Below, piece after piece: positions 1 to 12,900 of a stretch of 64,000 bases of DNA. The notes under the pieces are model-generated. The model was not told the origin of the DNA. It saw only the letters and a program-made list of their open reading frames with translations, and ran no database searches. Origin of the DNA: Octopus bimaculoides (Eukaryota). A program made the translations under genes and the position numbers. The DNA lies in the NCBI RefSeq assembly GCF_001194135.2, contig NC_068984.1, positions 19,527,062 through 19,591,061 of the forward strand, in the 5' to 3' direction. Position 1 is the stretch's first letter. The number at the start of each line of letters is the position of its first letter.

Positions 1-294
1 CAAAACAGCTTTCATAGGGATATCTGTGCAGAGGAATTTTTCCCCATTTTTCAACCAACTATCAAATTTCTGTGCTGCTGTCTCAAACTTCTCCCATTCC
101 AAAACACATTTCTGGAGTTTACTGTCAACTTCATTCAAAGAATTACTGAAATCCTTATAATCTTGGTCCATTTGTTGCAGTTCCTTTTGTATTTTGACTT
201 GTCCCAATTTTGCAGTGCATGGCAAAACGGCATCACATATATTATGTGTCTGTTCCAGTAATTGATTCCCAGTGTTAACTTCACCACAGAGATT
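1..294 (-). CDS. Spectrin-repeat exon (long-exon class), truncated by the window edge
   Basis: Acceptor tttaaag at 295-296. Open frame [32 protein letters not shown]...[34 protein letters not shown]. Not in the ORF track. Confidence 0.92.
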
Positions 295-3200
295 CTTTAA
301 AAAATACAAAAATATTTTTAAGAGAATTTTTATTTTTTCAATTTTACATTTTTTGAAAGAACAGAAACAATAGAAGCACTAATAATGATATTATTTTTTG
401 TTTCTTGTTACCTGTATCAGACACTGGTCTGTGGCCATGCTGGAGCACTGCCATGAAGGTTTAGTCAATTAAATCAACTTCAGTTCTTATTTTTTGAAAC
501 TCTGGTACTTATTTTACCATTTATTCTTCCAAACTTCCAAGTTATGAGCACATAAACAAACCAACACAGGTGGTCGGTAGGGAAGAGAGGCAAACACACA
601 CACAAAGACTTGCACACACATAAATACACACACAAACACACACACATATATACGCATAAATGGCAGGCTTCTACACAGTTTCTCTCTACTAAATTCTTTC
701 AGAAGGTATTGGTCAGCCCAGGGATACAATAGAAAACAGTTGCCCAAGGGGCCAAACAGTAGGACTGAACCTGTAACCACATGATGGCTGCAAAGCAAGC
801 ATATGAAGTAATAGATTTTACAATTTAAAATGAAGTTTGATAACAAAAAACAAAACAAAACAATATTGTTAAAAATATTGTCGGGCACTTCATTTTTCTC
901 ATGAGCTGTAAAGTCATTGAGAATGCACTATTATTGTCCTTACAATGTCATAAAATATTTTTACTGCTAGTCTTTATATGTTTTTTCTTTTCTATTTTAT
1001 GAATAATAGTATAACTGGTTAGTTTCTCAATGGCCCAATGACTGGTTCACTGGATTTATAATGGCAAGAGTGAAAAGAGACAAGAGACATTGTGCAACTT
1101 GTAAAGAACAAATATCGCAAGGGACTTTGTTCAAAGGCACCAGTTTATCACGTTCCTCATGGGTATTTATATGTTTCATCATCATCATCATCATCATCAT
1201 CGTCGTTTAACGTCCGCTTTCCATGCTAGCATGGGTTGGACGATTTGACTGAGGACTGGCAAGCCAGAAGGCTGCACCAGGCTCCAATCTGATCTGGCAG
1301 AGTTTCTACAGCTGGATGCCCTTCCTAACGCCAACCACTCTGAGAGTGTAGTGGGTGCGTTTACGTGCCACCAGCATAAGGCAAGCACACATATGTATAA
1401 AGATTCTGTCTACCAAATTCCACTTATTGGTCAGTTCAAGGCCATGGTTGAAGACATCCGTATAGTGGGATGTAACTCAGAATAATGTAATTGCAAAATA
1501 AATCCTTTTAACCACATAAGCATGTTTACTGTTGATCATGGGAATATGAATTTACTAGAGTATACAAATGTCTTCCCAGAATCTTTATTGACAACATAGA
1601 CATTAATTCAATTAAAGTAATTAAGGCAGTGAATTGACAGAATAATTAGCATGCTAGATGAAACACTTAATAGCATTTCTTCTGGCTCTTTACAAATGCA
1701 GCCAAGGTGAACTTTGCCTTTTATCCTTTCATGATTGAGAACAGAAAAATCTGTTAAGCACTAGGGTTGATGTAATTGAGTCCCCCTCCCCTTAAAAATA
1801 TTGCTGGCCTTGTGTCAAAATTAAAATAATTAATTAAAATAATAACTGCCATATTTATTCATGTGGTTAAGTTGGATCCCTAATTCGGTGTTAAACCTTG
1901 GCAAAAAAATTTGTCCTTTCATAGTTTTAACTTTGCTTTAAGTATAAGTTATGACAGTTTTTGCAATTAAAATCGATTATAAGAGGAGAGTGATTTATAC
2001 ATGAGTAAACACAGCAAGTAAACGTTACCTTCAATTTGTTGGTTTTCATCAGTATAGTTGACTTATCTCCGGCTGTGTCAGAGCAAATGCTAAGAGACTC
2101 TTGGGCACTCTTCAACCAACTTTTGAAGTGGTCAGCAGAATCATTGAAGTTTTGTTGTTGAGCCACTTGCAATTCAGCAGTGCTCAATTGACCCTAGAGA
2201 AAAATAAATATAAATGAGAATAGAATAAAATAAAAATGAGGAAAACAATATTGCAATTGGAAAATTTAGGAAATTGAAATGCATAATGGCTTTATAATGA
2301 TCATATACATATCATTATGGTTGGTGTCATAATGATTATACACAGCAGTAATTACATAACACGTGGCTTGGTTCTAATAATTCTTGTTGCAGCAATTAAT
2401 CTAAATTTTGATACTGTTATTACAATTTAATAATTAATTACAGACTAATTAGTCTAATATCATTCATTAATTGCTATTTTAGCTGAGTAATATTTTTGTT
2501 TTCAAAATAATGATGTAAAAATAACAACAACTATAATGTACCTGTGCCAACTCTTTGACAGAATCATATTGACTGGATATCTTGGAAATATCTGTTGATG
2601 CTCCATCAGTACTGTCAAGTGAGTTCAGTTCTTGACCTTTAAGTACAGCGGAGTCAATAATAGCAGAATAGGAAATAATATCTTGGTATATGTTCTAGAA
2701 AGAGAATAAAAATACATTTAGCAATTTAAGGCTTATGATTGATTGCAAAGAAACTGAAAAAGCAATTTATAGTTTTTAATAAATAATATTTTATATCATA
2801 TGACAGATATTCTGAAAAGTTATTTAAGAAATATTATTGATACATAAATAAAATTATAGAGAAGTAAATTCCAATGTTGATTTTTCCTAGAAAATAATAA
2901 CATAGTTATTAGTTGACATGTCAGTTCTGATATTCAGTGCACATAAAACCTAACATAAAAGTATATTTCAGAGAGATATTGCTGTAATATTTCATCTCAA
3001 TATTGAAAGCAAAGTTAATAATGTCTGTGAATTATCATAAAATAAATAAGCTACATCATTAATTCAATTATGCTCTGCTAATAGATGAAATAATTTAAAA
3101 TCAACAATAGAAAAACGTTCTCTAACAGCACAAATAGATGTGTTTTATTTTGTTAGGTGTAAGTAAATAACTTATTGCTTAATTTGAGAATGATTAGCAG

Positions 3201-6200
3201 AAAATATTTCTAGACAGCAATTTTGTCCTCATTGGAGTATCAAAGAGGAATATCATGTCGTTTCATCTCAATGCCTAAGATGTAGCTGCCTCTCTCCCCC
3301 ATTCATTTTTATTCACTTTGTACCTTGAGGGGGCCACCCAGACACTGTGTTACTATTTTCATCTCTTTCTAGCACCACCTGATCTATCCCACTCATCATT
3401 ATCTTCATCATCATCATCAGCATTTAACATCTATTTTCCATCCTGGCATGGGTTGGATGGTTTGACAGGAGCTGGCAAACCAGAGGGCTACACCAGGTTC
3501 CAGTTATCTGTTTTGGTATGGTCTCAATGGCTGAATGCCCTTCTTAATGCTAACTACTTTACAGAATGTACTGGGTGCTTTTTATATGGCACCTGCACTA
3601 GTGCTATCATGTGGCACCAGTACAGGTGCTCTGTATGTGGCACTGGCACAGGTGCTTTCTACATGATATTGGCACAGGTGCTTTCTATGTGATATGGTCC
3701 AACCCATGCTAGCATGGAAAGCGGACATTAAACGATGATGATGATTGGCAAAGGTGCTTTTCTACATGACACCAGCATGGATGCTTTTCTATGTGGCCCC
3801 AGCATGGGGGCTTTTTACATGAAACTGATACATGTGTTCATTGCATGACCCCAAAATAGGTGCATTCTACATGGCACAAGCACCCATGAGCTCACAAGAC
3901 AAGAACCTCTGAGAGAGGGAGTAGGTGGCAAGAAACTTGTTCAGTTCTGGCCCCTCTTCTCACACATTGACCCTTCATTTCCTAGAAAAAATCCCCCCAC
4001 CCCCACCCAGGGATCATATTCTTGCAAACTGAATGTGATCCCCATTATAGCTGGTGTCATGAAAAGCTCCCAGTATGCACTGCAAAGTGGTTGGCATTAG
4101 GAAGAGCATCCAGCCACAGAAACCATACCAATGCAGACACTGGAGGCTGGTGCAGTCCTTGGGCCCATCAAATCCTGTCAACCCATCCAAACCATGCTTA
4201 GCATGGAACATGGACATTTATATGATGATGATGATGATTCTAATGTAGCAAATATCCATGTAAAACATTCAATGTTTTATTTGAGTCAGTGATTACAGGA
4301 AAATATTTCTAAACAAATATTTTTCCCATGTCAGTTAATCAAAGAGAAACATTATATTATGGTATATGGTACAGTTCACCTTACTCCATAAAGAGTATAG
4401 GAATGGTTTCCTGGTTTCTCTGACATTTACATTCATCCATGGATGGGATGCCGGTCTGTCACAAAGTTACTCGTTTTTACCAGTTGAATGGAGTAGAGCA
4501 ATATGAAATGAAGTGTTTTGTTCAAGAACACAACTCATTGCCTAGTCCAGGAATCAAAACCATACTCTTGTGATCACGAGTCCAACACCCTAACCACTAA
4601 GTCATGCACCTCCACATACCATGGTATCTCCATGTATGAAATATAGACGGTTTCTATGTAAGTCACTCAACAGTTTCCTTTCAAAACAGTATTGACGGGA
4701 TGGTAAAAAGTTTGCTCCCAAACCACATGGCTCTGGGTTCAGTCCCATTGTGTGGAATCTTGGGCAAGTGTCTTCGCTGCCAATAACATCAATGTAGCTG
4801 AGTAGTCTTTCTCCTATATTAGGGTGCAGATATCTCCAAGCTATAAGATCTGATATAGTCTACAGTTATTCAGCCCAGTAGTAGTGACCAGCAGGACCTG
4901 TCTTTTTTATTTGTGTAAACAATTGTAGAAATGGGTGGCATGCATTTATAAACCTTCTGTATGGTCTTTTGCACACAATCCTGAGGTTTTTTGAGCATTG
5001 TGAGAAGACAAGATCACAATACTCCATTCTACACTTGGTGACTGTGGAGGCTTGTGGCCTAATTGTAAGGGTCTGGCACTCATGTCCTTAGATTGTGGTT
5101 TGGTTCCTGGACTGGGTGGCATATTGTGTTCTTGAGAAATACACTTCATTTTACGTTGCTCCAGTTCACTCAGCTGGTAAAAGTGAGTAATCCTGTGATG
5201 GACTGGCATCCCATCCAGTGGGGGTGGCAGGTGTATAAACCACAGAATCTGGGAAACTGTGGCTCAGCGAGGACCTTTAATCTTGTTTTTGACACTTGGT
5301 GGTTAATATGATTGCCTTTCCCTTTAACTTCCTCCTACGAGAAACTTACAAGCCCTAGGTTTGTTAAAACACACACTTGAAACAGCTTTAGATTAATGTA
5401 ATAATATGTATAACATTTATAACACACAAATCTCTTTGGGAAACATTTCAATGTTTCTCAGAGACAAACTATTACAGCTAGAACTGTTCTGCATTTGTAA
5501 ATATATTATAAATGTTGAACACACTGGTATTTTATAAGGTTGTTCTCTTCTATGATTTCATCACCATCATCATTTTGATGTCCACTTTTCAATGTTTGCA
5601 TGGGTCAGATGGAATTTGTTGAAGGAGACTTTCTACAACAGAGTGCTCATCCTGTCACCAACCCTCATCTGTTTCTAAGCAAGGTAGTATTTTCCCCATT
5701 GAACCTCACTTGTACGACAATGATGCTTATTTATAACCATCACATGATGTCCAAACAATGGTACATACACACACACACACACATTTTGTTGACATTATAA
5801 GAATTTAGAACTGAAATGAATGTGAAATATTTTTTTTTTTATGAACAATGGAACTTAAAGTAAATAAAGCTTGTAAATATTGAGTTAAAAACTCCTTTGG
5901 ATGGAAAAAGTCAAAGGTTGCCCATTGGACACAATCTCACATCCATAAACATGACAGATGTTCTACCATTGGACCAGAGCAATCCCTTGAATTTATCCCT
6001 TTTAGAAACTTTATTGTTACCAGAAGGAATTGTTGATGTCATAAGAATTTAGAAACTTCGAGATGAACATAAAGTAATTCTTTTATTTTTAATTTTTTTG
6101 TGGGGGGGGGGGGACAGTGAGAACCAAAGTAGATTTGACTTTTTCTTCTGTCCAAAGGGGTTTTTATCCCAATATTTTTCATGCTATTATTTATAGCTTT

Positions 6201-6879
6201 ACTGCTTCAAGTTTCAAAACACACACACACACACACACACAAACACACAATGGGCTTCTTTCAATTTCCATCTGTCACATCCACTCATACGGCTTTGGTC
6301 AGCCTGGAACTATAGTAGAAGACAATTGCCCAAGATGCTAGATAATGGGACTGAACCCAAGACCACATGATTGGGAAGCAATTTTCTTAACCATACAGCC
6401 ATGCCTGTGCCTACTTAGCTTTAAATTTAAAATATTGATCCTTACCTTCATCTTTTGAAGATGACCCTTTTTCTCAGCAAGATCAATTCTCATGGGTTGG
6501 TCTTGATGCATCTTCTTGTCCATTGTATCCAACCATCTCTGCACTTGTTTGCAGCTTTCATTGTAGTCACTCCATTGAAGTAAGTCACTCTCCAATGTAA
6601 CTTTGCATTCTGTCATATTGCTAACCAGTTGGTCCCACTTCTGCTGTAGATTCTTAAGTCTTGTTTGTAAATCTGTACGGCTTTCTTGAGAGATTATAGG
6701 TTTCAGCTGCTCTCCAGACATGATGGCAGCATGTGTCAGTAACTGGCCTTCTTCTTTTGTTATAATTAGCTCCTTAAAATATAAAATAGAGGTGAAAACA
6801 GAGTAGAACAGGGATACAAGATCTAAAGGAAAAGGTATGAGAGAAGCTAACTGAAAGGAGATGCTAGAAAAAGATTAGA

Positions 6880-6974
<95 letters not shown>

Positions 6975-9900
6975 GTTTAAAGAATGAAAGAAAGGATAAA
7001 AATATGAATGAGTAAAGGAAAGAAAGTGAAAGTGAATCAGCGGAAAACAATGAATAAAGGAATAGGTCCTTATATAATCTTGTATCTTCCATCTTCAAAT
7101 GTTGTGATACTGCCACAATTTTGTGACAGATGGTTTTGATATACTGTACCAGTGTAGTAACAGTAAACAAGATAATGATGCAGCCATAATAACAATGTAA
7201 TGACCCAACAATCTCTTCACAATACAATAATCAATATTCCAAACAAACTAACCAGCCAACACCTTCTGCCTTTACTGTGAACTCAACTTGAACTAACACA
7301 CAAACTATTTATAATTGTTTATAATTTTATAATTATATTTTCATGCAACTATTTATAATTGTTTGGTCCAGTCTATTTCTCGCAAGGGGGTGTCGTGACT
7401 CTCATCTCAACATCTCCCTTTTTGAAATTTCAACTTCCATAAGAAGTGAAATTTTTTTTTTTTTTTTTCCAGCACTTCGCCCTCTTTTTCTTTTAAAAGA
7501 AAATTTAATATCTTTTTAATTTTGGCATTGTTTCTAAGTGTACAGTCTATTTCCTTTTTCTACTGCTGCTTCTACGAGGCTCAATCTCTTTCAGTGCTGG
7601 CACCTCAAACATGTCATAGCAGACTTCCATTGGTATTGCCTTTCATTTTTCAGTATGTCTTGTCTTTAATTGGTTTAGGTGTCTCTTATATTCCCAATGT
7701 TGTCCTTTAATTACATACATCATGTTCCCTAATCTTTTAGTTACAAAACCATCCGCCCAGCCTTCTCTACCATTTTTGTAAATTTCAAAATGTTTTGTTG
7801 CCTTTTCTGTATTTCCTTTAAATATATTTTTTCCTGGCAATAATTTATCGAAGATTGATTTTATTTTTCATATGAACATTAACTCTGCCAGAGACTTACC
7901 CAAACTAGTATACAGATTGGGTGTTACTCTATATACCCTCAAGAATTTCATTAGCATTTCGCCATTTCTTATGTCATTTCTTGCCTTTTTTAATGCTTGC
8001 TTGAAAGTATCAACAAATCTTTTTATCAACCCATCTGACCTCGGGTGGCAAGGTGGGGTAAAAATATGCTTTATTGCATGTATTTTGCAGAAACTGAATT
8101 CACTACCTGTAAATTGTATTCCATTATCTGATAGCAACGTGTCTGGAACACCATATCAGGCAAATAATTTATACAGGAACTTTATTGTTGTCTTTGCATT
8201 TGGTTTATTGTACCTACATACCTCTGGCCACTTTGTAACACTATCAACAATAATTAGATATAATGTGTTGTTCATCAGTCCAGCATAGTTAATATGTGCC
8301 CTGGACCATGTACTATCCATCTCAGGTTATGATTGATATTTCATCAGTGGTGCTTTGGCTGCTAGCACACAACCTCAACATGATTTTACACAACTTTCAA
8401 TGTCCCAGTCCATTGTCGGCCAATATACATAGCTACTCATTAAGGCTTTAATTCTTGACATTCCTGGGTATCCACTGTGGGATTCCTGCAATACTCGTTT
8501 CTTTAGTGCAGTTAGTACTACCACTCCTTGCACGTATATTAAAACATCATTGCATAGTGAAAAATTATCTGAATTTGTATTTTTATTTTGCTTATTCTCC
8601 AACATTTCTTTCATTCTTGTAATGTAATTATCCTCTGTGGATTTCAATTTTATATCATGCACTGCCACTGGCAGTTCGTGAATAACATTACACAAGGTTT
8701 TTAAATTAATTTTTTCTTCAATTCAGCTGTTGAGTTCTTTTTACTGGTTGGGTAGCCATTGAAATCTTTACAGCACTGGCTTACTGGGAGATCCCATACG
8801 TCAAATAACTCCAACTCAAATAACTGTCAGTACCAAACAGATTGCTTGCATTCTTTACAATGAAGACTTTTGCCTTGCAAGTTTTTCCTCAAAATGTGAC
8901 ATTATTCCACATTTTGCCTACAAAGTGTAGTTTGTCACCTGCCATGCCCTGTGCAGTTTTCGCGGTTTTTCTAAACATAGGTTTATCTATTTTCTTCCAA
9001 GTGTCAGTGTAATGATTGAAATGTCACAACCAGTATCTAGTTGTAATTTAATATTTACTCTGTTTACTTTTATGTGTAAAAATTTCCTTATTTGGGAGTC
9101 AATTTTTTACATTTGACTTTTGTTCTGCAGTGTGAACTCTTGTGCCCAAATTTGTGACAACTGCAACATTTTTGATCTTTATAAGGACAATCTTTTCTGA
9201 AATGTAGGCCTCTACACCCAAAATATGGATTAGGACCTAGCAATCTTCTTTAGTTATACTTTCTCGATCAACATATTTGTATTTTTGTGAAATCCTTTTC
9301 TTGAATTTTTCTTACATTGTGTTTCAGGTTTACCATCCTTTGATACTCTTCTGCAACAGTCTGCAGGGTTAAATCTTGGTTTGCTTGTTCAAGTTTTGAA
9401 AGAATTCTTGCCTGTATTTCTGTATCTTCATTTGCTCTAAGGCCATGTACAAAAACAAGGCACTTAAACATCGCAGGAGTAAGTTCTTTAAGTTTAAAAC
9501 TTTCACACATTCTATTGACTGTTCCTGGATACATAATAAAATCATCATCGTCTTTTTTTAATTAAATTCCAACGCTCCATTTGAGTATTATTAAGTAGAG
9601 AAGTTTTATCACTAAACATGTTGGGCAGTAATTTGATTGTTTCTTGAAAACAAATTTCACTAGACTTTTTGGGCAATATGAAATTACAGTATCATTCATG
9701 CTCAGACAGAGCTAATTTACATATTGATAACCCTAATTTTTCTTTGTCCAACAGTATCTTGCAATCTTCCTTAAAAATCTTCTCATACCTTCTGTAGTAT
9801 GCTGCAAAGGTTATACTCTCCTCTGGGTTATAAATGAATTTTGTTACAGAGTTTGATATGCCATCTAGCAAAAAACAAACTTACTGTATTTTTGGACTTC

Positions 9901-12900
9901 TTTGCGTATAGCTCTAGCAATTGTTGTTGTTGTAGTTGTTGCTGTACTAGTTGCTTCTGCAATTCTTGTTGCTGTTCTTGTTGTTACTTTTGAAACTGTA
10001 TTATAGAAGCTATTAGGTCTTCCATAATTTAACAAGTTGTATCATGAAGAAATTGTTAAATAACCTACATGAGCTTCAAAACTCTTGTCACCAGATGTTG
10101 TGTCCTCTGTCTCCATCATCATGGTACAATATTATAACAGATGGTTTAGATACACTCTACCAGTGTTGTAACAGTAAACAAGATAATGATGCAGCCATAA
10201 TAACAATGTGATGATCTAACAATCTCTACACCAACCAACAATCAATATTCCAAATGAACTAACCAACCAACACGTTCTAACTTCACTGTGAACTCAATTC
10301 GAACTAACACACAAACATCATTCTGACTGCTACTATTTATAATTACTTGGTCCAGTCTATTTCTCGCAAGAGGGTGTTGTGACTCTCATCACAACAATAT
10401 AGAAAACAAACAAGTTTTCTATATGAATAAAATATATATTGAAGTATATGTAAAATATATATGAAGATTATATAAAGCATATATATCTATAAATAAAATA
10501 TTTTAAAAATATATATATTTTTATTGATAGACAATTTTTGAAGGAGGTGGAAATTGAAAGAAAAATTCAATGGAAGAAACGAAATTGTGTACTTGAAATG
10601 AAGACATAATTTTAAAGAATATTACAAAATAAATCTATATTTCTCTTTTACTTGTTTGTTATTTAGACTGTGGCTATGTGGGGCACTGTTTTGAAGGGTT
10701 TTAGTCAAACTAATAGACTACAGTAAGTAGTCTATTAGTTTCTATCACCAAACCACTAAGTTCAAGGAGTGAGTGTAAACAAACCAACACCAGTTGTCTA
10801 GCAGTAGTGGAGTGAATAGCACAGATACAAACATACACACACACACAGATATATATACACACATATATAAGATGGGCTTCCACACAGTTTCTGTCAACCA
10901 AATTCACACATGAGGCATTAGTTGGCCTGGAACTATAATAGAAGACACATAGGTGCCATGGACTAAGACTTGAACCCAGATTTTAAATTGAAATTTGAAA
11001 GGACATAGTGTTGTTTGACAAGCACCGGCACACCTCAACTAACAACAGTTCAACTCTGAAATTTTTTGAAGCCTCGAAGAAGTTGATGCTTAAATTCAGT
11101 TTCTTGGTTGGAAGCAGGTGAGAGACACATTCTCTCTTGGATAGGATGCCAGTTTATCAATTCAAAATAACTTAGTACCTATCCTCTAAGATTATGTAGA
11201 GTAAAACATTATCCAGAAATATCACAAATACTTTTTCAGATTTGAACTCACAAACTAATGTTTGATAGTTCAGTATGTTATCTACTCAGCTGTTTGCCCT
11301 CAACACATCTGTAATGTAGTTAATTAACCTTCATGTTAGGGTTTCAATGTATTTTTTTTCTCTCAGACATTTGAAACTGGTGAGAAAAGAAGAACATTAT
11401 TTTCAGATCAAAAATCTAGACAAAATACACATAACACAATAAAGCCAGCTGATAGCATTAAACTGAACAATAGGTGACATCAACTACTTAAAAGAAAAAA
11501 ATACCTGTAATTTCTCCAGCTGCTTTTCTATCAAATTTCTATCTCTGGTTACATTTGAACACTGGGCTAACTTTTGGGATGCTGAATCAATCCAAGAATC
11601 AGCAGTCTTGTAGGCTTCTTCAAAGTGTTTGCAATCAGAAGATATTTTCTCAGAACGTTTGACCATATCCTGTAAAAAATTACAGAGAATAAATAACAAA
11701 AGCATAAAGATTGCCCTAATTCACTCAAATTTGTACTTTTACATACATGTCTATGTACACCTTTTTCTGTAGTGAATATATATTTGCACTGAGATTCTTT
11801 ACAGATTTGCAGAAAGCATTGTGTATGCACATTTTATGTATAAACACACACACACATATATACAAGGGTGTGCTGAAAAGTTCCTGGCTTTAAGGATATT
11901 GTGAAAAGCCTGGCTGTAGGCCCAACCTTCAGAGTTCTTTCTCAGGACATAGAAAAACTGAAGGACTACTGCAATAAATGTGTAAATCTGAGAGAGGAAT
12001 ATGTTGAATAAAATCATAATTAACTGATCCTTCTGTATTTTGTTTCATCTAAAGCCAGGAACTTTTCAGCACTCCCTCGTATGTACATACATATATATAT
12101 GTATGTTATATACATACATACATACATACATACATACATACATANNNNNNNNNNNNNNNNNNNNNNNNNNNNNNNNNNNNNNNNNNNNNNNNNNNNNNNN
12201 NNNNNNNNNNNNNNNNNNNNNNNNNNNNNNNATATATAAATATGTATGTAGCAAATCATACAGCAATTTATACAGTAACTTACTTATATAGGATATTTTA
12301 ACTGTTAATAGCCATATGAAATATTCATTTGGAAATCAAGAGCCACAAGAGATACAAGTTTATCATTAAAGCATTAGCAATAAGTAACCAATTCATATCC
12401 TATACATTCATTTAGCTGTGACCCCAATAAAACACTGAAATTCACTAAATCATCCATAAATTCTTATGGTGAAAACATATATACTGATAGAGAATCAGGT
12501 CTGGAATCTGCTGAAGTCGAACCTGTCTTTACTGATGAGGCAATTGAAATTGTTGAAACACGCCCATATAAGGAATTCTCGATCAATGTTCTCAGACAAT
12601 TATAGTCCCTACCAGTATATATGTATACAATTATGTGCTTTGACTACAGCATTAGAGCATTTTAGCTCTTATTTCTAACACCTTAGTTATGTTTAGGGAC
12701 AATTATGGTTTTCCTTTTTGGTAAACATTGCATATCACTGTCTACACACACACACAAATATATATACACATATATATAAAACTGGTGCTCCATTGGCTAC
12801 AATTATGAAAGTTTCAGTTGATCCAAAATGGAACAGCTTGCTTGTGAAATTAACATGCAAGTGGCTGGGCACTCCACAGACATGCATACACTCAATTCTC

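Larger units (their letters stand above)
7100..10396 (-). mobile_element. Degenerate Ty3/Gypsy (K02A2.6-like) LTR retrotransposon, about 3.3 kb, lacking RT-RNaseH
   Basis: Two similar LTRs with TG...CA ends. PBS-like TGGTGACAAGAG just inside the 5' LTR (10081-10093) and PPT AAAAAGGGAGA beside the 3' LTR (7412 boundary). Frameshifted gag, CCHC knuckle, LDTG protease and integrase fragments lie between them. The left boundary (about 7100) is uncertain and no clear TSD was found. Confidence 0.9.

Noticed and set aside
3405-3744. Apparent TIR transposon formed by two inverted family A termini
   Set aside because: The internal array continues beyond the right-hand terminus, so this is a nested truncated insertion.
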